DNA of 64,000 nt from Candidatus Hermodarchaeum yapensis (GTDB lineage: Archaea > Asgardarchaeota > Hermodarchaeia > Hermodarchaeales > Hermodarchaeaceae). Location of the stretch: positions 1-64,000 of the forward strand of contig JAEOSK010000004.1 in assembly GCA_016840405.1 (NCBI GenBank), in the 5' to 3' direction. Each line of letters opens with the position of its first letter. Positions within the stretch are counted from its first letter, which is position 1. Positions 49,778 through 59,294 of the stretch are shown here, piece by piece. The position numbers and the translations under genes were made by a program. The notes under the pieces are model-generated. The model saw only the letters and a program-made list of their open reading frames with translations, was not told the origin of the DNA and did not search any database.

Positions 49778-50785
49778 TTACTTCTGGAGGGTTAAGCTAT
49801 CAGCATAGGGTGCAAGTGTTTTATCAATTTCAGTCATTTGTTTGTTAGAGAGAGGGCCATATTGGAGTGTTTGGCTGATTTCCTCGACTTGCTTTTCGGT
49901 TTTAAAGCCGGGTATTGGGATGACTTGGGGTCCAAGAGCTAAAAGCCACCCAAGGGCAGCTTGCGTTAAGGTACGTCCGCCTCTGATGAGTATGTCGTGA
50001 ATCATTTCGAGCATCTCAAGTTGTTTCGCTTGTCGTCCTTCTTGCATGTCCCACGCGGCTCGAATGTCGTTAGGTACCTTTGAACTCTTGCTAAATTTTC
50101 CAGTCAGCAGACCCATAGCGAGTGGACCCCGTATGATATTCGCTTGGTCGAATTCTTCACAAAGGGCTAGCATTTCTGTATTGCGCTCAAAGATATTATA
50201 GTGGTATTCCATAGCGGTGCAATGAGGTCCTGCAATAAACGTTCTAGCCCGATCAGGATTGACTGTACTCCACCCATAAGCACGAATCATTCCGTTATCG
50301 ACGAGAGTTTCCATCATAGGTACGAGAGCTTTTGCGAGGTGGGCATCGTACGCATTACAATGAAACAAGTAGAGGTCGATATAGTCGGTGTTAAGGCGTT
50401 GGAGACTGGCTTCACAGGCTTTTCGAATCGATTCGGGTTGGATAAGATCTGGATCACCTAACCAAGTCCTAGTGTCTTCTTCGAACATGCCCCCAAACTT
50501 GGTGCATATGATGACCTCATCTCGGTAACCTTTCAAGGCTTGACCTAGAATTCGTTCACTATGACCGCCTCCATAGGCATCAGCTGTATCAAAGAAATTA
50601 ATACCTAAATTCAGAGCTCTATGGATGGCTTGGATGGAATCGTCGTCGTTCACTTGACCATAACTCAACGCAACTCGTTTACCTTCAGTTTGATACCAAA
50701 GGGGTCCACCAATAGCCCAACAACCGAGTCCTACCGAACTGACTTCAATCCCACTTCGACCTAATTTTCGAGTACGAGTTTTCAT
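49778..50785 (-). CDS. aldo/keto reductase
   Basis: RKLGRSGIEVSSVGLG, FDTADAYG, TKFG, SLQRLNTDYIDLYLFH; real start 50785. Confidence 0.92.
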   Translation of the reverse strand: MKTRTRKLGRSGIEVSSVGLGCWAIGGPLWYQTEGKRVALSYGQVNDDDSIQAIHRALNLGINFFDTADAYGGGHSERILGQALKGYRDEVIICTKFGGMFEEDTRTWLGDPDLIQPESIRKACEASLQRLNTDYIDLYLFHCNAYDAHLAKALVPMMETLVDNGMIRAYGWSTVNPDRARTFIAGPHCTAMEYHYNIFERNTEMLALCEEFDQANIIRGPLAMGLLTGKFSKSSKVPNDIRAAWDMQEGRQAKQLEMLEMIHDILIRGGRTLTQAALGWLLALGPQVIPIPGFKTEKQVEEISQTLQYGPLSNKQMTEIDKTLAPYADSLTLQK

Positions 50786-50888
50786 TTTATCATTCTTCAC
50801 GTTTATGTTAATCTGATAACTATCAAACATACATTTTTTCTTATCATTGAACCATCGGCCGGCAATTTCATTAGCACAATATATCTTA

Positions 50889-50997
50889 TTAAGATTAGAG
50901 TAAACGGTTTTTCTTTGATTTATGTGCCATTCTCTCGGGTTTCGAAGACATATGTGCAATTCCGATCAAATGACGTGAAAGATGATTTGGTTCACAT
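50889..50997 (+). repeat. polarized intergenic repeat copy 13 (A+B)
   Basis: TTAAGATTAGAGTAAACGGTTTTTC..TTTATGTGC-N13-TTCGAAGAC (50941-50949)-N22-GACGTGAAAGATGATTTGGTTCACAT. Confidence 0.9.
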
Positions 50998-51060
50998 TAA
51001 AAACTTCTAAAAATCCTTCGCCGAAGATACTAGCAAAATGCTTAGCGTGTTCTTCAAATC

Positions 51061-52167
51061 TTATGATTGCAGTTCCATGGTTTCTCTCAGCCTTTTCCCC
51101 CGTAGAGCATTCATTTTGTTCTTGATTAAGCTTAGACCAACAATTTTTCGGTCGAAGGAAATGGTCATTTGAGGTGAAAGATATGTGATGCTAGCACTGC
51201 CAATGGCATCGGGAAATTTTTCGCGATAATTCTCTTCCCACCTAAGATGACTTCCAATGCTATGGTGGTTTCCAAAGAGTAAGATGTTGTATTTTCCATG
51301 GAGGACTTTGTAGCCTATCGGAATGTAAGGATCTTGAACAATCTCACGAATGATCTTTTCTTTAGACTTTTTAATTTCAAATAGTGAATAGGTCAATACA
51401 TAATTTGGTGGTACAAAATAATTAGGAAAACGGCAAATCGGGGTAGCGAGTATATTCTTTTTTAGTAGTGATGCTATCCGCTTTTCAACCGTCTTTCGAT
51501 GTAATCCAGTTTTTTCACATAAAGCAGCGTAGTTGGCTTTAATTCCATTTCCATCAACTAATTGTTTCATGATTTCGATATCGACAATGTCGAGGGGGTG
51601 GCCATTTAAAGTCAGTTCACCCTTCGCTTTGAAATCGCTCTCAATGAGATGAATTCCGGAGTTGGGGTCGTATTTGATTATACGTTGATTCGAAAAATAA
51701 GTCGTGCTCGAATTAAAATTCGCACCTTCCTCAGAGAGCCCATATTGCGATTTTAATATTGAAGGTAATGATTCCATGTAAATTTGGAAGTTTGTGATGT
51801 CTTTATGATAAACGAACAGTATGGTATCATAGTCTCCTTGCCGTGAACTAAAAGCTGCGAATATATATGGATCCTCTTTTACCCAGTTCTCGAATTTTTT
51901 TCGATCCTGTGGCGTTTTCGGTAGGTCTAATTGTAGATCAATGAGTAGCGGATAGTATTGATAAAGACCGGGGAATCTAAAAACGGGGCGATCGAGAATT
52001 TTATGATTAAAGAGTTTTTCAACTTTTTTCCTAATAGTATTTCTGTGTTTACCAAGAGCTCTTGAAAGATTGCTGAGGTTGACATTTACAGCCTCACCAG
52101 ATACCAGACTTTGCATTAGTATCAGATCTTCTTCATTCTTTAGTAAATTTGACATAATTTCACGCAC
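51061..52167 (-). CDS. tandem-duplicated Lrp/AsnC-like regulator
   Basis: Two HTH units (LSRALGKHRNTIRKKV; LCEKTGLHRKTVEKRI), each followed by a RAM-like GDYD/GKYN segment. Confidence 0.75.
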   Translation of the reverse strand: MREIMSNLLKNEEDLILMQSLVSGEAVNVNLSNLSRALGKHRNTIRKKVEKLFNHKILDRPVFRFPGLYQYYPLLIDLQLDLPKTPQDRKKFENWVKEDPYIFAAFSSRQGDYDTILFVYHKDITNFQIYMESLPSILKSQYGLSEEGANFNSSTTYFSNQRIIKYDPNSGIHLIESDFKAKGELTLNGHPLDIVDIEIMKQLVDGNGIKANYAALCEKTGLHRKTVEKRIASLLKKNILATPICRFPNYFVPPNYVLTYSLFEIKKSKEKIIREIVQDPYIPIGYKVLHGKYNILLFGNHHSIGSHLRWEENYREKFPDAIGSASITYLSPQMTISFDRKIVGLSLIKNKMNALRGKRLRETMELQS

Positions 52168-52410
52168 TTTAAGCCAATATTAATATCTTTTTCGTAATAT
52201 TATATCAACTTTGTCATTATTCGTTGTTGATTATTATCTTATCAAATATGAATATTATTTGAACAAATGTGTCAATTATGTCATTTCTCTTTGCATAATA
52301 GTTAATCTATTTTGTATTTTTTCTCAAAAATTTGTAATCTATATTTAATAATATCTATTCTTCAATTTATAATCAGAGCAAACACAAAAATTGTAAAAAA
52401 GGTGTTTATA

Positions 52411-53625
52411 ATGGAACAAACGGTTGTTGATTTACAGGAACAACGAATTTCCGTACTTGATGATTTGCTCGAACAAGTAAACGTTACCAGCCTTCTAGAT
52501 TCTTGGGGACCAGAGAAGGTCATCCAAGTCTATGACCCTAAAATTAAGATGGAGGGGATCCTCGTAATTGATAATACGGCGCGGGGTCCTGGTAAAGGAG
52601 GATTTCGAATTAGCAGTGGTGTCACGCCTACCGAGGTCTTTAAGCTCGCGAGAACAATGACATGGAAATGCGCTTTAGCGGATCTTCCATTTGGCGGAGC
52701 AAAGGGTGCAATTAATGCAGATGCTTATTCGATTGATAAAATTCGATTCGTGAAGACTTTCGCCAGAGCTGTTTCCACTTTTTCACCCGATCAATGGGTG
52801 GCTGCTCCAGACATGAACGTGGGTGAGAAGGAGATTGAAGCGTTCGTTGAAGAAATCGGTAGTATGAAGGCAGCGACGGGGAAACCTGAACGCCTTGGAG
52901 GAATCCCTCATGAACTTGGTACTACAGGGTTTGGAGTGGGTGTATCAATTGAATCCACCTTGGAGGTTCTCAGTAAAACGGTGACAATTCAAGAGACACT
53001 TGAGAACCTAAAAGTCGTCATTCAGGGCTTTGGCAATGTTGGCTCAGAACTCACTAAGTATTTGGCGAATAGAGGCGCGCGGATTGTAGGCATTAGCGAT
53101 TACTGGGGGGCAGCATATAACCCGAAGGGAATCGATGCTTCAAAAGCGTTGAAACACGCCTATGCCTGCGATGAAGCTCATTCTATTAAGGGATGTAAGG
53201 GTGCAACTGCAATTGCCAGAGATGATGTCACTTATTTGAATTGTGATATCTTGGTTCCGGCTGCGATATCAAATGTCATCACAGGCCAAAACGCCTCGAA
53301 AATAAAAGCGAAACTTGTTTTTGAAGCTGCAAACAACCCAACAACCATCATAGCAGAACAGACCCTCTTTAAGAGAGGAGTCTTAGTCATTCCCGATTGT
53401 ATAGTGAATGCGGGTGGGGTTATCGGTTCCTATGTTGAGTATATCGGGGGGAGTCCTGATGAAGCCTTCGCGATGATTGAAGCGAAAATCTCACAAAATA
53501 CACGTAAAGTGCTGAAAAGCGCAATCAACAGCGATACTATCACATTACCACGGGCCATGGCGATGAAGATTGCACAAAAACGCGTTTCACAAGCAATGCA
53601 TCGACGAGCAGGTCAAGAATTATAG
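52411..53625 (+). CDS. Glu/Leu/Phe/Val dehydrogenase
   Basis: GPGKGG, MTWK, PFGGAKG, APDMN, QGFGNVG, EAAN, NAGGV. Confidence 0.92.
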   Translation: MEQTVVDLQEQRISVLDDLLEQVNVTSLLDSWGPEKVIQVYDPKIKMEGILVIDNTARGPGKGGFRISSGVTPTEVFKLARTMTWKCALADLPFGGAKGAINADAYSIDKIRFVKTFARAVSTFSPDQWVAAPDMNVGEKEIEAFVEEIGSMKAATGKPERLGGIPHELGTTGFGVGVSIESTLEVLSKTVTIQETLENLKVVIQGFGNVGSELTKYLANRGARIVGISDYWGAAYNPKGIDASKALKHAYACDEAHSIKGCKGATAIARDDVTYLNCDILVPAAISNVITGQNASKIKAKLVFEAANNPTTIIAEQTLFKRGVLVIPDCIVNAGGVIGSYVEYIGGSPDEAFAMIEAKISQNTRKVLKSAINSDTITLPRAMAMKIAQKRVSQAMHRRAGQEL

Positions 53626-53652
53626 AGAATAATCTGGAATGGAGGTGAAAAA

Positions 53653-53937
53653 ATGGAAATTAAATTAGTTAGAATCCTACAATGCCTAGATCGATCCTCT
53701 TCGGGTTGTCCGCTAGGTCACATAACACGACATACGAATATCCCTGAGCCATTAAGTCTCCTCGACATCTTGGAAGAAAATAATCTTGTTCAACGCTGTT
53801 CATGTGATGGATGGTCACCTACTGGTCATCCACAATTTGAGATTACATCAAAGGGTTCTCAGAAGCTAAGAGAGATTGAAGCTTCCAGTATTCATATTCC
53901 GATTCGCATTTTAGAAAAAGCTTATGTGGGGCATTAA
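53653..53937 (+). CDS. small wHTH-like protein
   Basis: GGAGGTGA RBS; LLDILEENNLV..FEITSKG. Confidence 0.6.
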   Translation: MEIKLVRILQCLDRSSSGCPLGHITRHTNIPEPLSLLDILEENNLVQRCSCDGWSPTGHPQFEITSKGSQKLREIEASSIHIPIRILEKAYVGH

Positions 53938-54149
53938 TTCAACGCTTCTGAGAAGTGTTCGAAAATACGCATAAGCAGTAGTCTTGGGCGATGAATTATA
54001 TGACGAGGGGGCTGTGGATCCTCCCTTCGGCGAATTGTCAACTACCACTAATTGTAATCTATAGCTTGTATATCGCATCCTGTGATACGGGTTCCTAGCA
54101 ATGGTTGTTGCCATCGCTGGTTGAGCAACGGGAGAGGATTGAAGTCCCC

Positions 54150-54581
54150 TCAATCATGTTTGTGAGTGAGTTTGATGCTTAGTACTACGCCGCAGCTAGA
54201 ACTGAATTTCTCTCCACCTTGCAATAAAGCACCACATGTAGGACAAGTCGTCAATACTTGTTGGTTGGAAACTCGAGTACGGGGACGGTTTTGAGTGGAT
54301 AGAGACGATTGTGTTAGAGCTTACGTGCGGCGATCGTGGATGAATCCTATAACGAAATAAATGGAACAAACGATTAGAAGGAGAACGAGTACCGTGACCG
54401 CGCCAACTATTGCCACAAATGGGTCGAGAAGGGGAGATAGGGACCATGATCCGTAAAATTCAAGGAACAGGTAGAAGCGTATGAAGGCAATAACGATTAC
54501 TACGAGCCTGCATTGACAAAGATAACTCCTGAGCTTTGCGGAGAGAGTTTTATCTTCATTTTCAACACTCAAGTACCCCAC
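54150..54581 (-). pseudogene. TM + zinc-ribbon protein interrupted by an in-frame TAA
   Basis: The 2-TM ORF continues in frame past TAA 54323-54321 into CPTCGALLQGGEKFSSSCG, stop at 54150. Confidence 0.55.
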
Positions 54582-54676
54582 CCAACTTCAAGTTGAAGTG
54601 AAGCCTTCTCATGCGAAATGGTTATGACGTCCTTAGTTAATTGGTGTACGAGATAATTTGTGCAGGAGACTGACTG

Positions 54677-55228
54677 ATGCCCCGACGTCCAAAGTATAAA
54701 ATTGAAAATGTAGTGGCAAGCGTAGAAGTTGTTGCAAAAATCGACCTTAACCTGTTAGTTCGTAAGCAAAAAGATGCGGAATACAACCCTGAACAGTTTC
54801 CAGGGTTGATGCTTCGGATCAAGAATCCGAAGGCCACCATCCTCGTGTTTAGCAGTGGTAAAATGGTGATCACCGGATTACGCAGAGAGACTGAGGCCGA
54901 GGCAGCTGTTGAAAAAGTCGTTAGCAAGATTCGAAAGGCAGGCATTACCGTCACAGGCAAGCCAAAAATCACCATCCAGAATATTGTGGCCAGTGGTGAC
55001 CTTCACAGCCGCATCGATCTGGACCTGGCTCAAATGACGCTGGAACGCTGTCTTTACGAACCCGAAGTCTTTCCCGGACTCATCTACCGAATGAAGACAC
55101 CAAAGGCAGTTTTTCTCATTTTTAGTAGTGGTCGAATTGTGTGTGCTGGCACGAATAAAGAATCCATTACGAAGAAGTCCATCTACCTTCTTGCAGATCA
55201 CCTGCGGGAATTAGGACTCATCGAGTAA
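54677..55228 (+). CDS. tbp: TATA-box binding protein
   Basis: IENVVAS, YNPEQFPGL, LVFSSGKMVITG, repeated in the second half. Confidence 0.97.
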   Translation: MPRRPKYKIENVVASVEVVAKIDLNLLVRKQKDAEYNPEQFPGLMLRIKNPKATILVFSSGKMVITGLRRETEAEAAVEKVVSKIRKAGITVTGKPKITIQNIVASGDLHSRIDLDLAQMTLERCLYEPEVFPGLIYRMKTPKAVFLIFSSGRIVCAGTNKESITKKSIYLLADHLRELGLIE

Positions 55229-55322
55229 TAGTGCTCCATTGAATGCTCCCACATCGACGTTCTCCACGACTGAAGCCGAGGGAGTTCTCGCTGCCTACTC
55301 TAAAAAAATCAGCAACCGTTGC

Positions 55323-55374
55323 AGCAGGACATTTTTCGGGGTGTGATCTGCCCCACGTTACGAATATCGAAGAC
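55323..55374 (+). repeat. polarized intergenic repeat copy 14 (degenerate A)
   Basis: AGCAGGACATTTTTC..GTGATCTGC-N14-ATCGAAGAC. Confidence 0.55.
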
Positions 55375-55455
55375 GTTCCTGAAATGTTTACACCTATGGA
55401 GAATTAATCCACAGCTGCTTATATTAAACCGAGATCTCTGCTCCTTCGGTGATAG

Positions 55456-56226
55456 ATGGTGAACAACAGCATCTGTATCAAAACCGAAGGCTTGACGAAA
55501 ATCTTTGGGTCCGTTCAAGCCATCAGAGAGCTCGATTTAGAGGTGAAATCGGGTAGTCGATTTGGTTTTTTAGGTCCGAATGGGGCTGGAAAGACCACGA
55601 CGGTTCGCATTCTCTCAGGGCTCTTAAAACAGACGAGTGGCACTGGCACGGTCTGTGGATATGACGTATCTACCCAGCGTAATTCGATCAAGGCTGTAAC
55701 GGGTCTTCTCCCCGAAACACCTGGCCTCTACTCCAAGCTTTCTGCCGTGGAGTTCCTCGAGTTTATTGGAGCCCTGAATGGTCGTAATGGAGACTCGCTG
55801 CATCAGCGGATTGACCGCCTTCTGGCCATTCTGGGACTGGAAGGTCGCCAAGAGGATTTACTCGAGTCATATTCGTCTGGGATGAAGCAAAAGGTTCTCA
55901 TGGCTTCGACGTTACTGCATGATCCGCAACTCGTGTTTTTGGATGAACCAACGTCACGTCTCGACCCCGCGGCTTCAGCTCTAGTAAAGGATTTGATACT
56001 CCTTCTCGCCGAGGAAAATGAAACGAGCTTTTTCATCTGCACGCACATTACCAGCTTCGCTGAGGATGTGTGTGATGTAATTGGTATTATCAATGAAGGG
56101 CAATTAGTGATCGTTGATTCGCCTCATCAAATAATTGAATCAACAAAAACGAGGAATCTTGAAGAAGCGTATCTCAAAATCGTCGGTGGCAAGGTCGACC
56201 GCCAGACCTTACTTACATGGAGGTAG
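55456..56226 (+). CDS. ABC transporter ATP-binding protein
   Basis: GPNGAGKTT, YSSGMKQK, FLDEP, CTH. Confidence 0.92.
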   Translation: MVNNSICIKTEGLTKIFGSVQAIRELDLEVKSGSRFGFLGPNGAGKTTTVRILSGLLKQTSGTGTVCGYDVSTQRNSIKAVTGLLPETPGLYSKLSAVEFLEFIGALNGRNGDSLHQRIDRLLAILGLEGRQEDLLESYSSGMKQKVLMASTLLHDPQLVFLDEPTSRLDPAASALVKDLILLLAEENETSFFICTHITSFAEDVCDVIGIINEGQLVIVDSPHQIIESTKTRNLEEAYLKIVGGKVDRQTLLTWR

Positions 56227-57917
56227 CGGAGATGGAGTGTAGATGGCTTCAGATCGCGAAGGCAGAATTTTTCGTCTTGACTGCGAGATTCAAGGGTCAC
56301 CGGAAACTCTTCATGGGCTTAGTGCTTAGCCTTGGATTGCTCTGGGCAGTTTATTTTGCCCCATTAGTAGTGGGGCTCGTGATGGAGGTCCTTACTCCCA
56401 TAACGCCAATTCGTGTAATTCTCCAAGTCATGTTTCCGGGGCTGATGCGTGCAGTGATGCTATTACTGTGGATGCTTCTCCTTATCATCCCCTTAGGTCA
56501 GGCACTTTCAGAGATTAAGATTGGGCAATGGGAGATTCTCCTTGCCAGTAATGTCACAACCCGCGATATCCTCGTTGGAACCTTTCTTGGCAAGATACCT
56601 AGCTATACGTTGTACGTCCTTGTTTTGGCACCACTCTTACTCTCACCTTTTCTACTTGCCCTTCAGGTCTCGCTTCTAGGGCAGCTACTAATTTACACAA
56701 TCCTTACACTGATGATTCTGACCATTAATTGGCTGTCCAACATCATTTGTGCGGCTCTTCAAGCAAAACTAGGTGAGTCCTCACGCGGTAACGATATCGC
56801 CAAAGCCCTCGCCCTGCTAATGGGTTTGATAGCGATTATTCCAGTATTGGGTCTACAGCTCTTCGCCACTCAGTTCTCTGTGATCTTAGGGCTAAACGTC
56901 TTCTTGGTGTTTCCCTTCACCTGGAGTGCTGACCTCGTTAGCTGGCTCGCTATCACCTTCAACGGTATTAACCTTACTGCTTCACAAATAGCGCACTTTC
57001 AGAATGTCCTGCAATTCGATTTACTCACAAATGGGCTACTCATAGTGGTCTTCGGCGTGGTGTGTATTGGTATTGGTCTCCTATCCGCTGAACGTCTCTT
57101 TACATACCAGATAGGGGCGCGAAGCGAAACGGTGAGAACTGTAAAGCGTGAAAACATCCTTCTACGGGGTCTGCGAAAAATCAGTCCTAGTTCCTTTGGG
57201 TCCCTAGTAGTGACCTGTTTTAAGACCTTCTTCCGACAGGTTCAGAACCTCTCTAAGATCGCGATGGCACTTACCCTTTCAGTGATCCTGCCGTTTCTTG
57301 TGATTCTTGTATACGGACAAGGTTCTCCGATAACGTTGGACTCTCTTTTACCAATAACGGGATATGGTCTGGCATTTATGGGTATCATGGCTTTTAGCGG
57401 AACTTCTTTTCTTGAAAGCAAGGATCAGCTTTGGATGATCCAAGCAGTTCCACGGGGGACGTCACGGTTTGTTAAGGCTCGATTAGTAATAGCAGTTCTC
57501 ATTGCTTTACCGCTTAGTCTTATTCCCACAACTGTATTGACCATCATGATGGGGTTGGAGCTATTCCAATTCTTCTGGCTTTTCGGGTATGGCTACGCCA
57601 TGGTGTGCGGCGCTGCATTGTTCGGCACCGGAATCACAGCCTTGAATCCGAACTATGAGGACATAAAATCACCAGTATATACGACGAGTATGATGATCGC
57701 AAATATGATTTGCTTATTCGTTACTATGGCCAGTCCCTTCATACTCAGTGTCATCACAAGGTTCTTCATCGGCGTCTCTCTTGATACTCTTCTTGTGACA
57801 TGGGGTTTCTTGAGCGCAGGAGTCGGTCGAACAATAATCACAGCAGTATTTCTGCTGGTACTCGGTGCACTAGTTGTGTTGGTGGGAACTCGAAGGCTGG
57901 GTCGACCTGGCACTTAA
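56217..57917 (+). CDS. ABC-2 type multi-TM permease
   Basis: About 12-14 TMs in two halves, coupled to the ATPase. Confidence 0.8.
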   Translation: MEVAEMECRWLQIAKAEFFVLTARFKGHRKLFMGLVLSLGLLWAVYFAPLVVGLVMEVLTPITPIRVILQVMFPGLMRAVMLLLWMLLLIIPLGQALSEIKIGQWEILLASNVTTRDILVGTFLGKIPSYTLYVLVLAPLLLSPFLLALQVSLLGQLLIYTILTLMILTINWLSNIICAALQAKLGESSRGNDIAKALALLMGLIAIIPVLGLQLFATQFSVILGLNVFLVFPFTWSADLVSWLAITFNGINLTASQIAHFQNVLQFDLLTNGLLIVVFGVVCIGIGLLSAERLFTYQIGARSETVRTVKRENILLRGLRKISPSSFGSLVVTCFKTFFRQVQNLSKIAMALTLSVILPFLVILVYGQGSPITLDSLLPITGYGLAFMGIMAFSGTSFLESKDQLWMIQAVPRGTSRFVKARLVIAVLIALPLSLIPTTVLTIMMGLELFQFFWLFGYGYAMVCGAALFGTGITALNPNYEDIKSPVYTTSMMIANMICLFVTMASPFILSVITRFFIGVSLDTLLVTWGFLSAGVGRTIITAVFLLVLGALVVLVGTRRLGRPGT

Positions 57918-58083
57918 TTTGAATAAGGAGGAACAAAGCAACTTTATACAGGCTACAACTCCTGTAGACTTTGAATCGGTCATGACCTTTCATACCGGTT
58001 CATCGTCTTCAGGAATATACTGGTCAATGAGTGAAATGGATTTCCGAATGAAGCTGTTGGTTGATGGAAGGTGAACGAGTGGA

Positions 58084-58815
58084 TTGAAACAGGCGGAATT
58101 CAGTGCAAACGGTGTACTTAGTAGTCAAAGAGAGCTGTTACCACGGTTGTATCAGAGCCATCGCCTTTTCGTAATTAACTTCTTTGCCTCACTATTGATG
58201 GTTCCTCTCTGGTTTCTCTGGGTAATCTTCTTCGCAGCAGTGATTGCAGAATCTTTTCAGTGGTTTCTCCTAATAACTGCGCCAATATGGATTGCAATAC
58301 CACTTACTGTTTTTATTTTTGGATATAGCGGGAAAGCATTTTTTGTTTATATGCGATCTGCAAAACACTTCTTAGATAATGCAAAAGTGGATGTCAATGC
58401 CTCTAGGACTGCTGAAGATTTCACTACGTATATGAATCTCCTTTTCCCAGTTCTTCTCCCTTCGATGACATCGACACCCAATTCTACGCAGCAAGAACAG
58501 GAGCGAATCCACAAAATAATTCGAAACTTAAAGAGGGCACCGATCATAGAAGGGGCGATTCTTGGAATCCTTATCTTTAGCTTTGTCAGTTTCTTCGTCA
58601 GACATCCGTATCTCCTTCCCCGCCTTCTTCTTACACTGATTATTCCATTTCTCTGTTTCAACTTCGCTATTATGGTAATCCGACTTGGAATTTTCCTTAG
58701 GTGGCGACAATATGTTAGCCGCTGGCTGAATCTTTATGACAGCCTCACCACTTGGCAGGCAAATCTTGAGTTAAAAATCCAACAAAACGCGAACAGTATC
58801 CAGAGGGAGATTTGA
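58084..58815 (+). CDS. hypothetical membrane protein
   Basis: 4 TMs in two pairs. Confidence 0.65.
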   Translation: MKQAEFSANGVLSSQRELLPRLYQSHRLFVINFFASLLMVPLWFLWVIFFAAVIAESFQWFLLITAPIWIAIPLTVFIFGYSGKAFFVYMRSAKHFLDNAKVDVNASRTAEDFTTYMNLLFPVLLPSMTSTPNSTQQEQERIHKIIRNLKRAPIIEGAILGILIFSFVSFFVRHPYLLPRLLLTLIIPFLCFNFAIMVIRLGIFLRWRQYVSRWLNLYDSLTTWQANLELKIQQNANSIQREI

Positions 58816-59255
58816 TGCCAAAAACATCTACCGCCTCTGATAAAACAAGTTACAAGGCACCTCGTCGAGGGAAATTCGAGATATGGTCAGCATTATTAGA
58901 AGCGTGTCTTCGAATCCCGCGAACACAAAGTTGGCTCATGCGGAAAGTTGGCCTCAACACAGCTACCGCCAAAGAAGCACTGAGTAGTCTCACCAGGGGA
59001 AGACTTCTTGAGCAAGAAAGTGAACCCAAAGTGGGTATTTTTGAATATAAGACCACTGAGAAAGGAAAAGCCGCTCTAGCCCAATATTACCAACTAATTA
59101 CATCCTTCTTCGGAACCAGCCACAAAAGCCGAGTGAAGCAATATATGATCGTCTTGCTTTTCGCCCTCTCCTCTTGCTTTGTCTATGGGCAAATCGTTTT
59201 TCGGCAAGTGTACAGTTTCCTTGCAGGGGGAGACTCGGATCATACTCCTATTTGA
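58812..59255 (+). CDS. archaeal wHTH predicted transcriptional regulator
   Basis: RRGKFEIWSALL..TQSWLMRKVGLN..YKTTEKG. Confidence 0.75.
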   Translation: MMPKTSTASDKTSYKAPRRGKFEIWSALLEACLRIPRTQSWLMRKVGLNTATAKEALSSLTRGRLLEQESEPKVGIFEYKTTEKGKAALAQYYQLITSFFGTSHKSRVKQYMIVLLFALSSCFVYGQIVFRQVYSFLAGGDSDHTPI

Positions 59256-59261
59256 AAAATA

Positions 59262-59294
59262 AATTTTCGTGCAATTCTTTTGAATTTCGAAGAC
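59262..59294 (+). repeat. polarized intergenic repeat copy 15 (truncated A)
   Basis: TGC-N13-TTCGAAGAC (59286-59294) directly abutting the GNAT stop codon. Confidence 0.6.

Noticed and set aside
49383-49848. Short ORFs 49383-49688, 49435-49644 and 49648-49848
   Set aside because: They overlap repeat copy 12 and have no recognisable motifs
50786-50959. N-terminal extension of the aldo/keto reductase in the ORF track
   Set aside because: It runs through repeat copy 13; the family fold begins at Met 50785
58906-58914. GTCTTCGAA as an opposite-strand repeat copy
   Set aside because: Inside a CDS and lacks the N13-GC/ATAAC blocks; a chance match
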